Below are positions 55,311-64,000 of a stretch of DNA of 64,000 nucleotides, in pieces. The DNA comes from a virus. Position numbers and translations under genes: made by a program. How positions within the stretch are numbered: the stretch's first letter is position 1; each line of letters starts with the position of its first letter. The notes beneath the pieces are model-generated. The model saw only the letters and a list, made by a program, of their open reading frames with translations. It was not told the origin of the DNA and did not search any database. The stretch is taken from the IMG/VR virus record IMGVR_UViG_3300021440_000018, positions 1-64,000 of that record. One strand, given 5' to 3'.

Positions 55311-57436
55311 TCGTCTCCCTGGAACTCACCGCCTTCCGCCGCCACGAGCACCTGAGCCTGAACCTGACCCAGGGCATGAACGTCCTGCGGGGTGGCAACG
55401 AGCAGGGCAAGACGACTGTGATCGAAGCCGTGCTGTACGCCCTCTACGGCTCGAAGGCCCTGCGCACGTCGTTCGTCGATGCGGTTACCTGGGGACGCAA
55501 GGAGAGCGAACTCAAGGTCGCTCTCGTGCTGCGGGTCAGCGGCGTGGACTACACGTTCACGCGCAGCAAGGCCGGCGCGGAGGTCAACTACGACGGCGGC
55601 AAGGTCACGGGCCAGGTCGAGGTCAGCAACTTCGCCACCTCGCTCCTGGGCGCCGACGCCAAGGTGGCGAGCATGCTGATGCTGGCCTCGCAGAACGGTC
55701 TGCGCGGCGCCCTGGACGAGGGGGCTACCGCCGTCAGCGCCCTGATGGGCAACCTCGCTGACTTCGACGTGATCGATCGCATCCTGGAGACTGCGTCCAA
55801 CACCCTGGCTCTGGGCGCAGAAGCCCCCTGGGCCACGAAAGTGACGGAAGCGGAAAAGGAGGTTGCTGACGCGGCCGAGGCCCTCGCCCAGGCCAGCGCT
55901 ATCGACACACTGATCTGGAAGGTCGAGAACCTGGAACAGCACAGAGGGGCCCTGAGCGAGCAGGCTGATGCGTTGCAGGATGCCATGACAGATGACCAGG
56001 AAAAGCTCGATGAGGCGAAGGCCGCAGCCAGCGCCCACGCCAGCGCCCTCGCCGGCATCGCTGCGCTCGACGAGGAGATCGCCCGGTCCAAGCAGGCGCT
56101 GTCGATCGCCGAGGAGGATGCCGCCAAGGTGCCTGATGCCGACCGCATAGCAGCGCTGCGCACGGCCATCGAGGGCAGCACCAAGGCGCAGCAGGACCTC
56201 GACGCATACCGCGCCCTGGCTTCGCTGGCGGCGTACCCCGATGCGTACTGGGACCGACCGAAGGAAGACTTCGACGCCGAGTTTGAGTCCATCCAGGCCC
56301 AGGCCAACAAGATCGACTTGCGCCTGCGCGAGATCAACGGTGAGGCCAAGCAACTGGACGCCGGGCGCGTCACCAACGGCAAGTGCCCCACCTGTGGCAG
56401 CACGAAGGTCAGCGACGAACACGTGGTCCGCATCAATGCCGAGATCGACGCCAAGGTCGCGGTGTTGGCCGCCGAACAACAAGGTCTGCGAGCCAACCTC
56501 AACGCCCTGAACACGCACCTGACGGCGATGAAGGCCATCAAGGTCACGGCCGAGGCGCGCGATCGCACCACGTCGCGCATCGCAGCCTACCTGTCCTTCG
56601 ACACGAGCGTGTACCCCTCGCGCGTGTCCTGGGCGTGGCCGGTCCCCGAGGTGCGGGACTACACCACCATGCGCAGCGAACTGGCGAAGTTGAACGACCA
56701 GGCTCAGAAAGCGGCCCAGGCCGCGGGCAGGGTCGAGGTTCTCACTGCCTCGCTGGCCAGCTTGAACACCAAGCTGGTCGCGGCCGAGGAGACCCGGGCC
56801 AAGATGGTGGTTCCCGACCTGAAGGACCTGACCGTGAGAGCCGAAGCCTCGTACCAGGCATACGCCGCGGCGTCGAAGGCTCTGGCCGATGTCACCAAGG
56901 AAGTGCAAGCCGCCCAGGCGGAGTTGGCGGAGGCTCGCCGGATCATGGCCGACGGCCAGAAGCGCCACGCCCAGGCCCAGGCCCGCGTCGCGCAGGCGCA
57001 AGCGGACCTGAAGACGCTGCAGTTCAACAACGGGTTCGTCAAGAAGCTGAAGTCGCTCAAGCCCGTGGTCACGGACCACCTGTGGTCCACGGTCCTGGCT
57101 GCCGTCAGCGGGTTCTTCACGCAGATGCGCGGGGAGCAGTCTGTCGTCACCAAGGACGGAGGCGGGTTCAAAGTCAACGGGCAGAGCGTGGAGTCCCTGA
57201 GCGGGTCGACGCTGGACGCCCTGGGGCTGGCCATCCGCGTGGCCTTGAGCAAGACCTTCGTGCCGCACGCGTCGTTCCTGCTGCTGGATGAGCCGGCGCA
57301 CGGGTGTGACTCGGATCGCACGGGCAACGTGCTGGGGTTCCTGCACGGTTGCGGGTTCGACCAGGTGCTCATCGCGTCGCACGACGAGATGAGCGAGTCG
57401 GTGGCGGACAACGTCGTGGTCGTGGGCGAGCAGTGA
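55307..57436 (+). CDS. sbcC: Rad50/SbcC-like ATPase
   Basis: GGNEQGKTT, coiled coil with CPTC hook, LSGS signature, LLLDEP, ASH. Confidence 0.9.
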   Translation: MIVSLELTAFRRHEHLSLNLTQGMNVLRGGNEQGKTTVIEAVLYALYGSKALRTSFVDAVTWGRKESELKVALVLRVSGVDYTFTRSKAGAEVNYDGGKVTGQVEVSNFATSLLGADAKVASMLMLASQNGLRGALDEGATAVSALMGNLADFDVIDRILETASNTLALGAEAPWATKVTEAEKEVADAAEALAQASAIDTLIWKVENLEQHRGALSEQADALQDAMTDDQEKLDEAKAAASAHASALAGIAALDEEIARSKQALSIAEEDAAKVPDADRIAALRTAIEGSTKAQQDLDAYRALASLAAYPDAYWDRPKEDFDAEFESIQAQANKIDLRLREINGEAKQLDAGRVTNGKCPTCGSTKVSDEHVVRINAEIDAKVAVLAAEQQGLRANLNALNTHLTAMKAIKVTAEARDRTTSRIAAYLSFDTSVYPSRVSWAWPVPEVRDYTTMRSELAKLNDQAQKAAQAAGRVEVLTASLASLNTKLVAAEETRAKMVVPDLKDLTVRAEASYQAYAAASKALADVTKEVQAAQAELAEARRIMADGQKRHAQAQARVAQAQADLKTLQFNNGFVKKLKSLKPVVTDHLWSTVLAAVSGFFTQMRGEQSVVTKDGGGFKVNGQSVESLSGSTLDALGLAIRVALSKTFVPHASFLLLDEPAHGCDSDRTGNVLGFLHGCGFDQVLIASHDEMSESVADNVVVVGEQ

Positions 57437-57711
57437 TGGACTTCAGCTACACGGAGACCACGACCTATCCCGAGGACGAGACCCTGACCCACGCCCAGGC
57501 CGCTGCCCTTCTCAAGTGCAGCGTCGAAACGCTGGCCGGCGTGCTGGCCACGGGTCAGTTACCCAGCATCAAGTTCGGCCGGGAGCGCGTGATCCCCAGA
57601 TCCGCCTTCCTACAGCGGCTGAACGAACTGGCGATCGAGGAGTCGTCGCGGCTGCGCCGATCGAAGTCAACGGGAATCCGAAGGAGAAGGGCTCTGCCCG
57701 AGATCGCATGA
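57436..57711 (+). CDS. Excisionase-like HTH protein
   Basis: LT..QAAALL.CS.ETL…GQLPSIKFGRERVI. Confidence 0.7.
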   Translation: MDFSYTETTTYPEDETLTHAQAAALLKCSVETLAGVLATGQLPSIKFGRERVIPRSAFLQRLNELAIEESSRLRRSKSTGIRRRRALPEIA

Positions 57712-57986
57712 ACATCGTGGACCTGGGAGACGAGGCTTTGAAGAACAACCCATGGGGGCTGACCCCGAACCAGTGCCGGGCCATCTTGGCGATCAACGAG
57801 ACCGGCAGCATCAAGGGGGCCTCCGTGCTCCTCGGCAAGACGCAGAAGACGGTTGAATACTACGTGGTGGTCCTGCGCAAGAAGATCGGCAAGCACCGCT
57901 GGCGGTGTCAGATCGAGTTCGATAGGTGGTGGCAGAAGGAGCTTGCCGCACGGCAGCCCATGTTGGCCGACGGGGGTGAGTCATGA
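57708..57986 (+). CDS. LuxR/LysR-like HTH protein
   Basis: LTPNQ…GSIKGAS.LLG.TQKTVE.Y…LRKK. Confidence 0.6.
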   Translation: MNIVDLGDEALKNNPWGLTPNQCRAILAINETGSIKGASVLLGKTQKTVEYYVVVLRKKIGKHRWRCQIEFDRWWQKELAARQPMLADGGES

Positions 57987-58258
57987 CGCTGTACCACACT
58001 ACCCGCAAGTGGATCAATCAGGTCCTGGCACAGGACTCATCGTCGGTGAGGGCGCTGGAGGCCCAGGTCAACTGCGTGGCCAAGCGCATCCTCGATCTGC
58101 GCAGATTCGCGCCGTGGCCCGCGCTGGAGGAGTCTCTGATGGAAGACCTGGTCCGCCTCCACGGCGCGTACCTGGGCAAGGGTGGGCCAAAGACGTTGGG
58201 CCTGGTTAGTGAGTGCATGAATAAGGAGATCAACGATGAAGAGACTAACGTGGAGTGA
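57983..58258 (+). CDS. Hypothetical protein
   Basis: ATGA coupling. Confidence 0.45.
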   Translation: MTLYHTTRKWINQVLAQDSSSVRALEAQVNCVAKRILDLRRFAPWPALEESLMEDLVRLHGAYLGKGGPKTLGLVSECMNKEINDEETNVE

Positions 58259-58282
58259 AAGTTTGACTCGTGGAGTGCAGCC

Positions 58283-58486
58283 ATGATGTGGAGGCTGTTA
58301 CACGCCCTGTTTGGGTGGGACTACGTGCAGTGGGACAACAGCGTGGACCAGGGTATCGCCAGGGTACACCGTTCGGGAGGCGGCGACATCTACTACTGGC
58401 GCTACAAATCCATCAAGTGCGCCGACATCATCTACAGCAGGGACCAGGTCCTGTGGCTCACGTGCCACCCGTCAAAGTACCTTTAG
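58283..58486 (+). CDS. Hypothetical protein
   Basis: GGAG RBS. Confidence 0.5.
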   Translation: MMWRLLHALFGWDYVQWDNSVDQGIARVHRSGGGDIYYWRYKSIKCADIIYSRDQVLWLTCHPSKYL

Positions 58487-58502
58487 ACCAGGAGAAGCAA
58501 CC

Positions 58503-58748
58503 ATGAATGAAGACCTGATAGCGCGGCTGCTTGACATAGCCCGTTTGAATCAATGGTCAGATCGAATCGAATCTGCTGACGCCATAAAGGCACAGGATGC
58601 GCGTATTGCGGAGCTTGAAGTGGCGCTGCGCAGCGTGACGAGGCACCTGGAGCGTCACCAAGAACTGATGACCGAGCGCGGGGTGGATTTCATCCTAGAC
58701 ACCGGGCCAGCAGACATGGCCCGCGCTGCATTGGAGAAACAAGCATGA
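58503..58748 (+). CDS. Hypothetical protein (lower-GC block)
   Basis: AGGAG RBS. Confidence 0.55.
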   Translation: MNEDLIARLLDIARLNQWSDRIESADAIKAQDARIAELEVALRSVTRHLERHQELMTERGVDFILDTGPADMARAALEKQA

Positions 58749-59212
58749 ATGAAGAACTGCCTCCGCTGCCTGCGCCAGCATTCCCGAAGATGTACTACTG
58801 CAACAAGTGTGGCAAATTTCCGCCGGCAGCCTTGCACTTGGATTGCCAATACGAGGCTGTTACGGACGGGACTGGTGACAAATTCAGTGCTGACCAAATG
58901 CGAGCCTACGCCCGTGCAGCACTAGCCGCAGCGCAGCCATCACAAGAGCCGGTTGCCCATTGCGCACTAACTGCCTCTGGAAAGATTGCCTACTTCGACG
59001 GCAAGCCGATGGTGATGGTTGGGAAAGTTGGCAACGAACACCATCCGACACCCCTCTACACCACCCCACCAGCACCGCAGCCGCTGACGCTCAGTGATCA
59101 GCAAATCATCACTGTAGGCCGTGACGCTTTCGGCATTGACCCAACATTTGACGGCCGTTTGATGACGTTCGCCCGCGCCATCCTCGCCGAAGCACAGGAG
59201 CCAAAGCCATGA
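58745..59212 (+). CDS. Eaa/Ea-like mosaic hypothetical protein
   Basis: DQMRAYARAALAA, QEPVA, PLYT.PP, FARAI segments. Confidence 0.6.
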   Translation: MNEELPPLPAPAFPKMYYCNKCGKFPPAALHLDCQYEAVTDGTGDKFSADQMRAYARAALAAAQPSQEPVAHCALTASGKIAYFDGKPMVMVGKVGNEHHPTPLYTTPPAPQPLTLSDQQIITVGRDAFGIDPTFDGRLMTFARAILAEAQEPKP

Positions 59213-59469
59213 GCGACACCGTGAAGATGATGCGCTTGGCCCGCAAGTTGGAGCAGCGGGGTAGACGCATCGCTGGACTGCAGCGGCGCATCGCTGACCT
59301 TGAGCACTCGATTGCGGTGAAGGACGTGGAGATACGCCGATTGCCGCGCGACGTTACCCGAGCAGTGCAGGACGCGCTGTGCAACGTCCGCATGATTCCC
59401 GTGCTGGGCCTGGGTGGAGGCACGCGAATTCTCGAAGTACGGGCCGTAGACCCGGAGCCAAAGCCATGA
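59209..59469 (+). CDS. Hypothetical protein
   Basis: Flanked by 16-bp direct repeats. Confidence 0.55.
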   Translation: MSDTVKMMRLARKLEQRGRRIAGLQRRIADLEHSIAVKDVEIRRLPRDVTRAVQDALCNVRMIPVLGLGGGTRILEVRAVDPEPKP

Positions 59470-59741
59470 CACCAGAACAAACGATGCTTTTCAAGCGCCT
59501 GATCGAATACGCTCATCGGCAGGCAATGATGCGTAACGGACAGATTGCGCAGGACATCAGACTTGTGCTCGCAGATGCCGCTCGCTACTGGCATTTGCGA
59601 GACAACAGCGACCCCGACTTGTGCCAGTTCTATCTGGCCTCGCATGACAGATCGGCCGCTTTCGTCGGGCCGCAGATCGACAAGCAGGTGGACACCGATA
59701 GGGCAAATTTGGAGGCGCGCAATCGCGCGACTAGGGCATGA
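59466..59741 (+). CDS. Hypothetical protein
   Basis: DAARYWHLR motif. Confidence 0.5.
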   Translation: MTPEQTMLFKRLIEYAHRQAMMRNGQIAQDIRLVLADAARYWHLRDNSDPDLCQFYLASHDRSAAFVGPQIDKQVDTDRANLEARNRATRA

Positions 59742-60118
59742 CTGACTACAAAGCACTGACCGAGAGATTGCACTACGCATCGCTTACCAGTAGCTCGATT
59801 GGAAGGATAGAAGTATGTAAAGAAGCCGCCGACGCTATCGACGCACTGGTGGCCGAGCTGGATGCTGCTCGACGCACTGCTGAATATTGGAAGGCCGAGC
59901 ACCTTGCTGGTAATGCCGAGCTTGCTCGCGTCACTGCCGAGCGGGATGCTGCGGCGAAGGATGCGGAGCGGCTGCGAGTTGTCGCCAGAGAGGCGCTGTA
60001 TGAGGTAGAGGCGTGGGCCTGTTATGCGTCAGACTATTTCCGCAATAAGCACGATCTAGTCGGCACGTTGGCAAGGTTAAGCACCGCTATCGACGCAGCG
60101 ATCAAGGACCACGGCTGA
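59738..60118 (+). CDS. Ead/Ea22-like coiled-coil protein
   Basis: EAADAIDAL, KDAERL, AIDAAI segments. Confidence 0.55.
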   Translation: MTDYKALTERLHYASLTSSSIGRIEVCKEAADAIDALVAELDAARRTAEYWKAEHLAGNAELARVTAERDAAAKDAERLRVVAREALYEVEAWACYASDYFRNKHDLVGTLARLSTAIDAAIKDHG

Positions 60119-60119
60119 C

Positions 60120-60434
60120 ATGCTGACTTACCTTGGCATCTCCTCCCTCGTCTTCTGCGGAGCCTTCACCTGGTGGGCCTCGCGCGGCGGCGCCGACCCT
60201 CGGGTAGCGATCGTCGAGGCGTGGACCAACATCTGCCTCGGGTTCTCCATCAACTTCTGCGCCAACCTCCTGATCCTGCCTCTGGCAGGGGCCAGCGTCA
60301 CATTTGGACAGAACTGGTGGATGGGGTGGATCTACACTTCGATCGCCGTCGTGCGCCAGTACGTGATCCGGCGCTGGTTCCAAGAGAGGTTGCACCGCGT
60401 GGCCGCGCGTGTCTCGCATGAGGCGTCAACGTGA
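60120..60434 (+). CDS. Small membrane protein
   Basis: EA..N…G..IN…N…YT.I…R.Y..RRWF with TM segments. Confidence 0.65.
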   Translation: MLTYLGISSLVFCGAFTWWASRGGADPRVAIVEAWTNICLGFSINFCANLLILPLAGASVTFGQNWWMGWIYTSIAVVRQYVIRRWFQERLHRVAARVSHEAST

Positions 60435-60468
60435 CAGATTTTGAAGTTGTGAATCCAAGGAGCAAAGC

Positions 60469-60729
60469 ATGACCCACCGTGACCCCCACGTCTTTCTGCC
60501 CGCCGATGTCTCTCGTTGCCGGCCCAGTCACGAGTGCACGCGCAAGAGCACGTGCGCCCGGTACCTGGCGACGATCCCCCCGCAGGGGGCGTCAATGGCC
60601 GACTTCTCGCTGAACGTGAACCCGTTCAACTCCTGCACGATGTGGATCAGCGCGGCCACCAGCAGGCTCGGCCCCAGCCCAGGCCCAGGCCGGCGTCGTG
60701 TTCACCCGCCGCTGGGCAGCCAACCCTGA
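60469..60729 (+). CDS. Cys-rich hypothetical protein
   Basis: LPADVSRC…C..CARY; AAGGAG RBS. Confidence 0.55.
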   Translation: MTHRDPHVFLPADVSRCRPSHECTRKSTCARYLATIPPQGASMADFSLNVNPFNSCTMWISAATSRLGPSPGPGRRRVHPPLGSQP

Positions 60730-60745
60730 ACAGGAGGAGCGCGCA

Positions 60746-61180
60746 GTGAACCCAGGGATAGTCCAGGGATACATCCGCTTCGGCTCAGTCCCCCACTCCA
60801 TCCTGACCTACCTGCACGATCATGGCCCCAGCCTCGCTTCGCAGATCAAGGTCGCCGAGCAGCGTCAGGTCAGCGCGACCATCATCCGGCTGCGCAAGGC
60901 TGGCCTCATCAAGGTCGTGGGCCGGCAGAGCAAGGTCGGGATGCGCTCGCACCGGGTGTTCGACTTGGCGCACTCGGACACCCCCGCCCTCGACGAGGCC
61001 CGGCACCCCCCGATGACGGACACCGAACGCCGCAGGGTTCAGCGGGCCCGGGCCAAGATCAAGGTCAGCAGCGTGTTCGACTTCCGGGGGTCGATCCCCC
61101 TCAGTCCAGTCGCGCCGCCAGGTCCGAGCCGCGCATCGAGAAGTACCGGAAAAACATCTGCTCCGACCTGTGCCCCGTGA
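60746..61180 (+). CDS. Winged-helix DNA-binding protein
   Basis: IL.YL..HGP…VSATI.RLRKAGLI; AGGAGG RBS. Confidence 0.55.
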   Translation: MNPGIVQGYIRFGSVPHSILTYLHDHGPSLASQIKVAEQRQVSATIIRLRKAGLIKVVGRQSKVGMRSHRVFDLAHSDTPALDEARHPPMTDTERRRVQRARAKIKVSSVFDFRGSIPLSPVAPPGPSRASRSTGKTSAPTCAP

Positions 61181-62162
61181 TACGGCGGACCTCCTCGGGG
61201 CGGAACAGCCACTGCCCCGAGGCGTCGCGCATCTCCATCCAGCGGCAAGTTGCTTCGTGACGTAGGTCGTGGGCCGTCAGGTCCACGCACCCGGCGTACT
61301 CGAAGGTCGAGACGAACCTCGCCGACAGCCTGCGCGTGGTTTGGGTCTCCCCTTCGGGGGTCCCGTCCCAGAACGGGAACACCAGGTCCTTCTCGTCCGC
61401 CCCCGCCAGCATCTCCACCACGGCCTTAGTCATGGGCACGTCCCTGGCCCTGCCCGTCTTGCTGCGTGAGACGTGGATGGTGCGCGCCGCCATGCGGATG
61501 TGCGCCCCCTGCAGCCGGTACGCTTCGCCCAGGCGCAGGCCGGTGTGCACCAGCAGGCGGAACAGCAGCAGGAATTCGGCGCTGTCGTGTCGCTTACGCC
61601 CGAGCAGCGTCGCCTCGATGCGCTCGTACTCCCCGGGCAGCAGTCGCCTATCCCGTACCGTGTCCGTGCGTTCGCCGGCCGCGTAGCCGGAGTACCCCCG
61701 CGGCAACGTGCGCAGCGGGTTGGTGGCGTCGGATCCCTGCTGGCGAAGGTGCCAGTCGACGGCGCGGGCCAAGCTCTCCACGCGCTTCCTGATGCTGCCG
61801 GGGGCCAGCCGGCCCCCTTTCTTCATGCCGGCCACCCACTGGTCCACCCAGCGCACCGTCAGGTCCTGCATGGCGATCTTCAGGTTCTCCTGCAGCCACT
61901 CGACCAGCGGCCGATCTGTGCGCGCGATCGGGGCCTCGTTCAGGTACTGGCGCAGCACCGCCGACAGCATGATCCTCCGGGTCTGGATCGGCGTCAGCAA
62001 CTCGGGGGGCACCTGCCCCCTGCCCAGGGCCTCGACCAGTCTCCTGGCGTAATCCTCGGCCTCCTGCCGCGTGTCGTGGGTGCTGTAGAACGGGCGAGGC
62101 AGCGCCTTGTTCACCACCCGTAACTCGAATGTCCCGTTGCCGCGCTGCCTGATCGTCGCCAT
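61101..62162 (-). CDS. int: Tyrosine integrase
   Basis: TGLRLGE, SKTG, HDLRHEA, TGH, RY catalytic residues; adjacent attP. Confidence 0.9.
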   Translation of the reverse strand: MATIRQRGNGTFELRVVNKALPRPFYSTHDTRQEAEDYARRLVEALGRGQVPPELLTPIQTRRIMLSAVLRQYLNEAPIARTDRPLVEWLQENLKIAMQDLTVRWVDQWVAGMKKGGRLAPGSIRKRVESLARAVDWHLRQQGSDATNPLRTLPRGYSGYAAGERTDTVRDRRLLPGEYERIEATLLGRKRHDSAEFLLLFRLLVHTGLRLGEAYRLQGAHIRMAARTIHVSRSKTGRARDVPMTKAVVEMLAGADEKDLVFPFWDGTPEGETQTTRRLSARFVSTFEYAGCVDLTAHDLRHEATCRWMEMRDASGQWLFRPEEVRRITGHRSEQMFFRYFSMRGSDLAARLD

Positions 62163-62276
62163 ACCTGCCCTCGTGTGAGGGCGTGACTGTAGTCCAACAA
62201 CAATCCGTCTTGTGTGGTTTCAACCACACCTCGAACCCAGTTTGAACGCGGTTCGTGACAGGTTTGAAAACCGGGA

Positions 62277-62305
62277 ATAGAAACGCCGCTTCAGGAGCGG
62301 CGTCT
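62277..62305 (-). terminator. Terminator downstream of the attP tRNA fragment
   Basis: ACGCCGCT-CCTGA-AGCGGCGT followed by TTCTATT. Confidence 0.65.
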
Positions 62306-62330
62306 AAGTTGTTGATTACGTTGGAGTTTC

Positions 62331-62376
62331 TGGAGGCGCGGAGGAGAGTCGAACTCCTCTGGACGGATTTGCAATC
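62331..62376 (-). other. attP core: 3' half of tRNA-Cys(GCA)
   Basis: Minus strand reads GATTGCAAATCCGTCCAGAGGAGTTCGACTCTCCTCCGCGCCTCCA (anticodon loop, T-arm, CCA); the 5' half is absent. Confidence 0.85.
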
Positions 62377-62556
62377 GGCCTTGGCCGTTGTAATTCAGTC
62401 ACTTACACCAGAACCACAGGTTGTGCCACACAGGAGAATGTGGCGGGGGCACCACTTTGGCCACGATGTAGACCTCGGCGGCGAACACCACCATGGTCGC
62501 CGCCGACAGCAGGATCAGGGCTGCGATAGCCCTGATCGTAGGCCGCACCCAGCGTT

Positions 62557-62901
62557 TCACACAACAGCCTTGAAGGAAGCCAGGGCCAGGGCGGTGATCT
62601 CGTCAGCCTGGTGGGCTTCGAGCCCTGTGTACCCGAGTTCGACCTTCGAGGTACCGGCACCGTGGTCCGCCTCCAGGCGGAAGGACAGGTCCGTGCGCTT
62701 CGGCGCGGTCGACGGGACCTCAGGGACCTTGTCGAAGGTGTCGGCAAGACGGCCCACCCCATAGGTCAGGAGTTGGACCAGGGAGGCGCTGAGCGCCACC
62801 TGCAAGGTGACGAAACGGCCGTAGGGGAGTTTGGCCATGTTGTGCGTGGTCGTGAGACCATCACGCACGATGGTGAAGCTGGCGTTGACTGTCTTGGGCA
62901 T
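62557..62901 (-). CDS. Hypothetical protein
   Basis: GGAG RBS. Confidence 0.55.
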   Translation of the reverse strand: MPKTVNASFTIVRDGLTTTHNMAKLPYGRFVTLQVALSASLVQLLTYGVGRLADTFDKVPEVPSTAPKRTDLSFRLEADHGAGTSKVELGYTGLEAHQADEITALALASFKAVV

Positions 62902-62926
62902 GGGGAACTCCATTCAGAGACGCGGG

Positions 62927-62956
62927 GAAAAGAAAGGGCCCCGAAGGGCCCTTTCC
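62927..62956 (-). terminator. Intrinsic terminator
   Basis: AAAGGGCCC-TTCG-GGGCCCTTT followed by CTTTT. Confidence 0.8.
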
Positions 62957-62967
62957 GGGGAGAGCGC

Positions 62968-63474
62968 TTAGACGCCCTTCAGGCCGTCGCCGGTCATTTG
63001 CGTCATCGGCGACGACTCCGGCAGATCCAGCGGATCGATCACGGTGATGTAGTCCTGGATGAACTTCTTGCCACGCGTGATGTACGAGCGCATGCGGTTC
63101 TCGTCGTGCGAGATCAGGCCGCTGGGCATACGCGCCGATTGGCTGTTCACCAGTTCTTCGCGCATCGTGTCGAACAGGACGGCCAGGTCGTAGGCCGACT
63201 CGTTCTCCAGCGACGGGATCACCGGCTTGGGCTGCTGAACCACCGGCAGCGGGTGCGTCTCAGGCAAGTCCAGTTGCGGCTGGCTCACGACGTAGTCGAG
63301 GAACGCCTCCACGCTGGCCAGGTACGACTGCCAGCGCTTCACGTCGAAGCTGACGGTCAGCGACACGCCGCTCGACTGAGCTTTGATGATCTCGGTGATG
63401 TTGCGGTTGATGCGCCGGGCCAGGCCGTCGACATCGCAGTTGTAAACAATACCGTTGGTGAGGGCAATGGCCAT
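62968..63474 (-). CDS. Hypothetical protein, probably highly expressed
   Basis: AAGGAG RBS, biased codons, internal LDLPE repeat, own terminator. Confidence 0.65.
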   Translation of the reverse strand: MAIALTNGIVYNCDVDGLARRINRNITEIIKAQSSGVSLTVSFDVKRWQSYLASVEAFLDYVVSQPQLDLPETHPLPVVQQPKPVIPSLENESAYDLAVLFDTMREELVNSQSARMPSGLISHDENRMRSYITRGKKFIQDYITVIDPLDLPESSPMTQMTGDGLKGV

Positions 63475-63599
63475 ATGGCACTCCTTGAAATACGCCGACA
63501 GAAATGTCAGCTTGACTGAAGACGCGGCAATGGTAGCACTGTTTCCTATCCTAGAAAACTGTCATTCCGCAAGCCCCGTGAACAGGGGGCCTACTTCAC

Positions 63600-63629
63600 A
63601 AAAAAGCCCCACCCGAGGGTGGGGCAAAC
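63600..63629 (-). terminator. Intrinsic terminator
   Basis: GCCCCACCC/GGGTGGGGC hairpin followed by a T-run. Confidence 0.8.
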
Positions 63630-63645
63630 CCCACCACAGGGTCCG

Positions 63646-64000
63646 TCATACGGAATAGGCCGATTTCTTCGCCGAGGTGCTCTGCGGGCTGCTCATACGC
63701 ACCCGGATCTCCTCGATCGGCAGCACCCGCCTGCCCACATCGCCGTAGGTGCGCGACCTCAGCACCACGCTGATCGCACGACGCGATCGGTAGCCTGCCT
63801 CATGTGCCCATTTGTCATTCGGTGCAAGGTGGTTCCACGACTCGATCACGACGCTCGGGTGCTCCCGCGACACGTAGTGGTGATGCACGTGGCCGGTGTC
63901 GATGTAGTGGAAGTCGGTCTCCCCGAAGTCCTTGCGGAAGTCGGTCGTCATCACGCCCACGAGCCGGTCGGGGCGACACTTGTCCGAGTGGTGCACCATG
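63646..64000 (-). CDS. Metallophosphoesterase-like protein, C-terminal part
   Basis: HHSD and TGHVHH motifs; truncated by the window edge. Confidence 0.6.
   Translation of the reverse strand, partial: MVHHSDKCRPDRLVGVMTTDFRKDFGETDFHYIDTGHVHHHYVSREHPSVVIESWNHLAPNDKWAHEAGYRSRRAISVVLRSRTYGDVGRRVLPIEEIRVRMSSPQSTSAKKSAYSV

Noticed and set aside
50416-57382. Very long antisense ORFs (for example 50416..53553 and 54632..57382; also 7347..9599)
   Set aside because: These are shadow frames of GC3-biased genes with clear motifs on the opposite strand.
62331-62405. Complete tRNA-Cys gene
   Set aside because: The anticodon stem does not close and there is no D-arm or 5' acceptor strand; only the 3' half is present, which fits attP.

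Overview
This 64-kb window is part of a GC-rich, long-tailed (siphovirus-type) dsDNA phage genome. The host is probably a proteobacterium; that is inference only. Left arm (minus strand, 1-22.3 kb), in gene order: regulators and possible small terminase, lambda-gpA-type large terminase, portal, a 6.7-kb insert of fibre-like genes including a secreted stand-alone dockerin, S49 prohead protease with nested scaffold, decoration protein, major capsid, a Hef-like homing endonuclease, head-tail proteins, tail tube, a -1 frameshifted G/GT chaperone pair and the start of the tape measure. A candidate lambda-like cos lies at about 22.33 kb. It is followed by about 2.6 kb of mostly non-coding DNA packed with G-rich hexamer repeats, multi-branched inverted repeats and a mirror-symmetric iteron/IHF element. 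Right arm (plus strand): about 45 small early ORFs with repeated leader motifs, then a full replication/recombination module (intein-containing SF2 helicase, AEP primase-helicase, SSB, DEDDh exonuclease, dNMP kinase, Pol I-like polymerase, resolvase, Mre11/Rad50). It ends with an excisionase-like gene, a tyrosine integrase and an intact attP carrying the 3' half of tRNA-Cys(GCA). All calls come from reading motifs and synteny by eye; no searches were run.
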